Positions 27,921 to 33,183 of a stretch of 33,183 nt of DNA are shown here, piece by piece. Both the position numbers and the translations under genes were made by a program. The stretch's first letter is position 1. Each line of letters begins with the position of its first letter. The notes beneath the pieces were generated by a model. It saw nothing but the letters and a program-made list of their open reading frames with translations. It was not told the DNA's origin and did not search any database. The stretch comes from Afipia sp. GTDB lineage: Bacteria; Pseudomonadota; Alphaproteobacteria; Rhizobiales; Xanthobacteraceae. The DNA lies in assembly GCA_026400415.1 (NCBI GenBank), contig JAPLPA010000089.1, forward strand, positions 1 through 33,183, in the 5' to 3' direction.

Positions 27921-29126
27921 TCAGCGTTTGCGGTCCGGTCCCGCAACGATGCCGGCGGCGCGCAACTCCGCGATCTCTTTCGCCGAATAGCCGAATTCAC
28001 CAAGCACCACGTCGGAATGTTCGCTGAACTTCGGCGGCACGTGACGCAGACTCGCTTTAGTGCGGTCGAAACGGATTGGGGAAGCGACGCCCTTGTACCA
28101 ATCCTTCTCAATGATATCGCCACGATGCTTGACGTGTTCGCTCGCTAGCGCCTTGTCGATGGACTGCACCGGGCCGGCCGGCAAGCCGGCCGCCAGCAGT
28201 CGCCGGCACAGCGGCTCGCTGTCCTGATCTTTGAGAATATCGACAAGGATCTCGCGCAGTTCATCGCGATGCGCGATACGATCGCGGTTACGCGCGAAAC
28301 GTGGATCGGTACCGATTTCAGGCTTGCCAAGCTCCTTCATGAGCTTTCGGAACGTCCCGTCATTGCCGACCCCCATGAAGATGTCGCCGTCGCGCGCGGG
28401 AAAAACCGCATAGGGCACAAGATTCGGGTGTTCGTTACCCGTGAGTGCGGGCGGCTTGCCATGCATGAAATAATTAGCGGTGTGCGGATGCATGATCGCG
28501 AGGCCGGTTTCATAGAGAGTGGTCTCCACGAATTGGCCCTTGCCGGATTTGGTGCGCTCCGCCAGCGCCATCAGAATTCCGATGGCCGCGTAAAGTCCCG
28601 TCGACATATCGACGAGGGCCACGCCGATGCGCGTCGGACCGCTTTGCGTCGATCCGGTCGAGGCCATGAGACCCACCATCGACTGGATGATGGCGTCGTA
28701 GCCTGGGTGTCCGCCATGCGGACCATCTGCGCCGAATCCTGAAATGCGGCAGTGGATGAGCGCAGGAAATTTCGCACGCAGAAAATCATTGCCGATACCC
28801 CATTTGTCGAGAGTGCCGGGTTTGAAATTCTCTATCAGCACGTCGGCGGTCTGGAGCATTTTCATCAGCACCTCGCGTCCACCTGCAACCGAAAGGTCGA
28901 TACTAACGGAGCGCTTATTGCGATTGGTACCAATGAAGTAAGCTGCATCATCTTCATGAAACGGAGGCCCCCAGTCGCGGGTCTCGTCTCCAGCCGGCGG
29001 CTCGACCTTCACGATATCCGCTCCGTGGTCGGCGAGGATTTGCGTGCAATAAGGACCGCCGAGCACGCGTGAAAGGTCGATCACGCGAAGTCCGGCGATA
29101 GCGCCAGTCGAATTTTGCGAGCTCAT
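27921..29126 (-). CDS. CoA transferase, class III (CaiB/BaiF family)
   Basis: GLRVIDLSRVLGGP, GADIVKVEP, NRNKRS, DVLIENFKPG, ISGFG..GP, PGYD. Confidence 0.95.
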   Translation of the reverse strand: MSSQNSTGAIAGLRVIDLSRVLGGPYCTQILADHGADIVKVEPPAGDETRDWGPPFHEDDAAYFIGTNRNKRSVSIDLSVAGGREVLMKMLQTADVLIENFKPGTLDKWGIGNDFLRAKFPALIHCRISGFGADGPHGGHPGYDAIIQSMVGLMASTGSTQSGPTRIGVALVDMSTGLYAAIGILMALAERTKSGKGQFVETTLYETGLAIMHPHTANYFMHGKPPALTGNEHPNLVPYAVFPARDGDIFMGVGNDGTFRKLMKELGKPEIGTDPRFARNRDRIAHRDELREILVDILKDQDSEPLCRRLLAAGLPAGPVQSIDKALASEHVKHRGDIIEKDWYKGVASPIRFDRTKASLRHVPPKFSEHSDVVLGEFGYSAKEIAELRAAGIVAGPDRKR

Positions 29127-29368
29127 AAATGAACCTTTGAGGTCGGGGCAATTTATTGCGCCTTGCGGCGCCGCGATTTTTGGCCGCTCATTTGATCGAT
29201 AGCGCCGATAGGGTCAATACCGGCGCCGGTAGGGCCAATCTCGGGTGGCCCTGAAAGTCAGCCTTAACCAGCCGGCGGACTGCTCACCGCCGTTTGTTGC
29301 AAAACTATCGCCTGAAACTCGTGAGCGCGCTACGATGCTGCTCTGCATAACCCACAGTAGATCAAGAC

Positions 29369-30967
29369 ATGGCGATAGAAACTGAAACCGTTGAGAACGC
29401 CAATCCCGAAAAGCTTCGCAAGCGAAGCCTATTGACCGGATTGCTCGTCGCCGCGCTGTTGATAGCCCTGCCGCTCGCGGTCTGGCTTGATCTCACCAAT
29501 CTCGGAGCGGTCGCCTTGCGGCGTCAGGCGACCGATTTGAATTCGGTCGTCAGCAGCGTACGTGGCTATTACGCATCCAACGTAGTGGGCCGAATTCTGT
29601 CATCGCTGGAGCCAACCAAGGTCGTTCATAATTATGAATCCGTGCCCGGTGCGATTCCAATTCCAGCGACGTTGTCGCTAGAACTCGGCAAGGTCATCAG
29701 CGAACAGCAGAACAACATCGTCTACCGCTTTGTATCCGATTTTCCGTTCAAGAACCGTGCGCCGCACCAGCTTGATGAGTTCGAACAGAACGCTCTGAAG
29801 TCATTGCGCGCAAATCCCGATCAGAAAATTGTCGACACGACCCACTCGCTGTTTAGTGACAAGGTCCGTCTCGTCGCGCCGATCATCATGGGTCAGGCCT
29901 GCGTTAGCTGCCACAACAATCATCCGGAAAGCGCCAAGCATGACTGGAAGGTTGGCGATGTGCGCGGCATCCAGGAAGTGATTATCGCGGCTCCGATTGC
30001 TGCAAATGTCTTCTCGTTCAAATTTCTGCTCGGCTATTTTGCGCTTGCCGCCATCAGCGGAGTTTCGTTCTTCGCGATGCAGCGCCGACAGGCGGCGCAG
30101 ATTCAGGTGATGAATCGCGAACTGGAATCGAACAACGACTTCCTCGCGACGTTGTCGATGAAAATATCCCGATATATCTCCCCGCAAATTTACAAGAGCA
30201 TCTTTAGCGGCCAGAAGGACGTCATTATTCATACCGAGCGCAAAGAACTTACGATCTTTTTCTCGGACATCCAGAATTTTACGGCGACAACCGAGCGGCT
30301 GCAGCCGGAACAGATGACGTTGCTGCTGAACGAATACTTCACCGAAATGTCGGCTATCGCGCTTGAGCACGGCGGCACGATCGACAAATTCATCGGCGAT
30401 GCCATGCTGATTTTCTTTGGCGATCCCGAAACCAGCGGCGAACGCATTGACGCCAAAAACTGCCTGCAAATGGCGGTCGCCATGCAGCAAAGGCTCGGTG
30501 AACTGAATGCGAAATGGCGTGCGGAAGGTGTCGAGCACCCTTTCAAGACGCGGATGGGCATCAATTCCGGTTTCTGCAACGTCGGAAACTTCGGAAGCGC
30601 GGATAGGATGGACTATACAATCATCGGTGCCGAGGCGAACCTTGCGGCACGCCTTCAGTCGATTGCCGAGCCAGGTCATATCGTTATCAGTTACGAGACT
30701 TTGGCGCTGGTCAGCGATGTCGTGGTGGCGCATCCGCTCTCCCCGATCACGATGAAAGGAATTAGCCGCGAGGTTGTGCCTTACGCTGTCGACAGCGTGG
30801 CCGGAGTAAAGGATGCCAAGAGTACGATCGTGGCCGCCCGTACAGCCGGTCTCGATTTTTATCTCGATCCCTCAAGGGTGGAGGCAGGCGACACCGACCG
30901 CGTCCGCGCCATTCTGGCCGATGCAATGGCGGCTCTCGACAAGAGACTGCCGAAACCTACAGGGTAG
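29369..30967 (+). CDS. Membrane-anchored class III adenylate cyclase with periplasmic heme-c (DUF3365/Tll0287-like) domain
   Basis: TM, then IPIPAT...YRFVSDFPF...CVSCH...WKVGDVRG, TM, then FSDIQNFT, DKFIGDA, RMGINSG, DYTIIGAEANLAARL. Confidence 0.92.
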   Translation: MAIETETVENANPEKLRKRSLLTGLLVAALLIALPLAVWLDLTNLGAVALRRQATDLNSVVSSVRGYYASNVVGRILSSLEPTKVVHNYESVPGAIPIPATLSLELGKVISEQQNNIVYRFVSDFPFKNRAPHQLDEFEQNALKSLRANPDQKIVDTTHSLFSDKVRLVAPIIMGQACVSCHNNHPESAKHDWKVGDVRGIQEVIIAAPIAANVFSFKFLLGYFALAAISGVSFFAMQRRQAAQIQVMNRELESNNDFLATLSMKISRYISPQIYKSIFSGQKDVIIHTERKELTIFFSDIQNFTATTERLQPEQMTLLLNEYFTEMSAIALEHGGTIDKFIGDAMLIFFGDPETSGERIDAKNCLQMAVAMQQRLGELNAKWRAEGVEHPFKTRMGINSGFCNVGNFGSADRMDYTIIGAEANLAARLQSIAEPGHIVISYETLALVSDVVVAHPLSPITMKGISREVVPYAVDSVAGVKDAKSTIVAARTAGLDFYLDPSRVEAGDTDRVRAILADAMAALDKRLPKPTG

Positions 30968-31457
30968 GATCTGCGTTCAAAAAAGAAGCCGCCCGAGGGC
31001 GGCTTTCGTTTAAGGCTTTCCGGAAAGTTGGTGGAGCCAGGCGGGATCGAACCGCCGACCTCTTGCATGCCATGCAAGCGCCGTCGTCTTCTTCCTCCTC
31101 GGGGATGAAGGTCGAATCGTCATCATCGTCATCGAGCGTTTCATCGACTTCGATGTCATCCTCGGATTCTGGCAGCACGGCCTTGACCTTGCCGGTGTTT
31201 TCTTCGGCATCGGCTTCCTCGAGCGAGACCAATTCTTCGGCCTCGGCGGGCTCCGGAGTTGCGGCTGCAGCGGTCGCTGCGGCCGCTGCTGCACTGGCCC
31301 TTGCGGCAGCGTCTGCGCGTGTACGCGGCGGCGGTACCGGTGCGATCGGCACGATCTCGCCGCTATAGGGCGAAATTACCGGGTTCTTGTTGAGGTCGTA
31401 GAACTTTTTGCCCGTCGTCGGGCAAATACGTTTGGTTCCGAGATCGGCTTTTGCCAC
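30957..31457 (-). CDS. TIGR02300 (FYDLN-acid) family protein, native 3' end lost and reading through the tRNA-Ala fragment
   Basis: MAKADLGTKRICPTTGKKFYDLN plus acidic tail to EEEEDDG, then ACMACKRSAVRS, which is the translated tRNA. Confidence 0.9.
   Translation of the reverse strand: MAKADLGTKRICPTTGKKFYDLNKNPVISPYSGEIVPIAPVPPPRTRADAAARASAAAAAATAAAATPEPAEAEELVSLEEADAEENTGKVKAVLPESEDDIEVDETLDDDDDDSTFIPEEEEDDGACMACKRSAVRSRLAPPTFRKALNESRPRAASFLNADPTL
30978..31011. terminator. Bidirectional intrinsic terminator
   Basis: A run, aagccgcc-cgag-ggcggctt, T-rich tail; between cyclase (+) and tRNA-Ala fragment (-). Confidence 0.75.
31029..31081 (-). tRNA. tRNA-Ala (GGC), 3' 53 nt only; 5' acceptor strand and most of the D-arm missing
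   Basis: Minus strand GCGCTTGCATGGCATGCAAGAGGTCGGCGGTTCGATCCCGCCTGGCTCCACCA has anticodon arm, T-arm and CCA. The sequence upstream is coding (GAAGAAGACGAC), not GGGGC...AGCTCAG. Confidence 0.9.
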
Positions 31458-31604
31458 GGGCGGAGTCCTGAAGATGTCTTTGAAAAACGGTGCTTCACTT
31501 GGCTAGTTGCGTCGCCGCTGTCAATAGCGCCGCAGGCATAATGGCGGCCTCGTGACCTATTCCGACGCTCGTGGTAGGAGCCCTTCACGCAGGGGACAGC
31601 CGCC

Positions 31605-32942
31605 TTGACCCATTCGGGAAAGACCATGCCGCTTGAAGCTAGGGCCAGTCAGGCCCTGAGCGGTCGCGTGCGCGTTCCCGGCGACAAGTCGATTTCGCAC
31701 CGTGCCTTAATTCTTGGTGCACTTGCGGTCGGCGAAACCCGCATTTCGGGACTTTTGGAAGGCGAAGACGTTCTCAATACAGCCAAAGCGATGCAGGCTC
31801 TGGGTGCGCAGGTCGAACGGACAGGTGCGGGCGCGTGGACTGTTCGCGGCGTCGGCGTCGGCGGGTTTGCCGCCCCTCGCGAGCCGCTCGATTTTGGCAA
31901 TAGCGGAACTGGGTGCCGCCTTGCGATGGGTGCGGTGGCCGGATGCCCGATTGCTGCGATATTCGACGGCGATGCGAGTTTGCGCGGACGGCCTATGCGT
32001 AGAATTCTCGACCCGCTTGCACTGATGGGAGCGAGCGTTTCATCGCAGGCCGATGGCGGCCGTTTGCCGATGACACTGCAAGGCGCGCGCGATCCTCTCC
32101 CGATTGTTTATCGAACCCCAGTCGCGTCAGCACAAATAAAGTCGGCCGTCTTGCTGGCGGGACTTTCGGCGCCGGGTGTGACCACTGTGATCGAATCCGA
32201 GGCCAGCCGGGATCATACCGAATTGATGCTCACGCATTTCGGCGCGAAGGTGACCTCAGCAAATGAGGGCGCGCATGGGCGCAAAATTTCACTCACCGGC
32301 CAGCCTGAACTGCACGGCGCGAATGTGGTTGTGCCCGCCGATCCATCGTCCGCCGCATTTCCAATTGTGGCGGCGCTCATCGTCGCAGGATCCGATATCG
32401 TGTTGACCGACGTTATGACCAATCCGCTACGGACCGGCCTTTTCACGACGCTGCGCGAGATGGGCGCTTCGATTGAAGAGAGCAATTCACGCAACGATGC
32501 CGGTGAACCAATGGCCGAAGTTCGTGTGCGCGCGTCGAATCTGCGCGGCGTTACAGTTCCGGCTGAGCGTGCGCCTTCGATGATCGACGAGTATCTTGTG
32601 TTGTCGGTCGCCGCGGCATTTGCGGAAGGCACCACAACGATGAAGGGGTTGCAGGAATTGCGCGTCAAGGAATCCGATCGGCTTGAGGCGACGGCAGCGA
32701 TGTTACGCGTGAACGGGGTCAAAGTTGAAATTTCCGGCGACGACATGATCGTCGAGGGAAAAGGCTTCGTTCCGGGTGGCGGTCTTGTCGCTACTTACAT
32801 GGACCACCGGATTGCCATGTCGGCGCTCGTGATGGGCCTCGCGTCCGACGCTCCAATCAAGGTTGACGACACGGCGTTCATTGCAACGAGTTTTCCAGAT
32901 TTCATTCCGATGATGGGCGGGTTGGGAGCTGAATACGCATGA
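31605..32942 (+). CDS. aroA: 3-phosphoshikimate 1-carboxyvinyltransferase (EPSP synthase, class II)
   Basis: [43 protein letters not shown]. Confidence 0.98.
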   Translation: MTHSGKTMPLEARASQALSGRVRVPGDKSISHRALILGALAVGETRISGLLEGEDVLNTAKAMQALGAQVERTGAGAWTVRGVGVGGFAAPREPLDFGNSGTGCRLAMGAVAGCPIAAIFDGDASLRGRPMRRILDPLALMGASVSSQADGGRLPMTLQGARDPLPIVYRTPVASAQIKSAVLLAGLSAPGVTTVIESEASRDHTELMLTHFGAKVTSANEGAHGRKISLTGQPELHGANVVVPADPSSAAFPIVAALIVAGSDIVLTDVMTNPLRTGLFTTLREMGASIEESNSRNDAGEPMAEVRVRASNLRGVTVPAERAPSMIDEYLVLSVAAAFAEGTTTMKGLQELRVKESDRLEATAAMLRVNGVKVEISGDDMIVEGKGFVPGGGLVATYMDHRIAMSALVMGLASDAPIKVDDTAFIATSFPDFIPMMGGLGAEYA

Positions 32943-33183
32943 TTATCGCCATCGACGGTCCAGCAGCCTCCGGCAAGGGCACGCTCGGCAAACGTCTCGC
33001 ACATCACTACGGATTTCGTCATCTCGACACCGGGGTGATCTATCGCGCGGTCGCGCAGGCACTGCTTGAAGCTGGCGCCGATCTGACCGACGAGATTCGC
33101 GCGGTGGCTGTGGCCATGGAGCTCGATCCCGAAAAGTTTGGAAATCCGGTTTTGAAGACCCAAAAAGTCGGCGATGCAGCCTC
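32939..33183 (+). CDS. cmk: Cytidylate kinase (5' part, runs off window)
   Basis: ATGA overlap with aroA stop; [39 protein letters not shown]. Confidence 0.96.
   Translation, partial: MIIAIDGPAASGKGTLGKRLAHHYGFRHLDTGVIYRAVAQALLEAGADLTDEIRAVAVAMELDPEKFGNPVLKTQKVGDAA

Noticed and set aside
31085-31320. Low-complexity Ala-rich and Asp/Glu-rich repeats
   Set aside because: Normal composition of the TIGR02300 acidic tail.
32790-32810. AroA TYMDHR as another suspect substitution (His expected)
   Set aside because: Tyr at this position occurs in other EPSP synthases (E. coli TYNDHR).

Overview
Mostly core chromosome of an alphaproteobacterium, most likely Nitrobacteraceae/Bradyrhizobiaceae (Afipia/Bradyrhizobium-like), judged from gene order and protein style. 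Order: pheT(partial)-pheS-DinB-rplT-rpmI, two paralogous secreted beta-rich proteins, DoxX, infC, GT4 glycosyltransferase, alpha/beta hydrolase, a secreted orphan, queG-fzlA, uppP, NDUFA9-like SDR, tRNA-Leu(CAG), an orphan membrane protein, rnd-lptC-lptA-lptB-rpoN-hpf-ptsN, DUF1150-hsp20 (ROSE thermometer, RpoH-type promoter), ugpBAEC, a secreted caspase-like protease, a CoA transferase, a heme-c-sensor adenylate cyclase, a 3' tRNA-Ala fragment fused to a TIGR02300 gene, aroA and cmk(partial). Best lead: the secreted orphan at 8381-8872 aligns by eye with the unnamed C-terminal domain of the caspase-like protease 18 kb away. That alignment also suggests the protease's TAA is premature, since it falls on a Tyr just before a conserved Cys. 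Several lesions in essential genes (pheT frameshift, terminal 39-bp duplication, tRNA-Ala deletion, substitutions at conserved residues) suggest low-coverage or chimeric assembly and should be checked against reads. No integrase, transposase or CRISPR array was seen.
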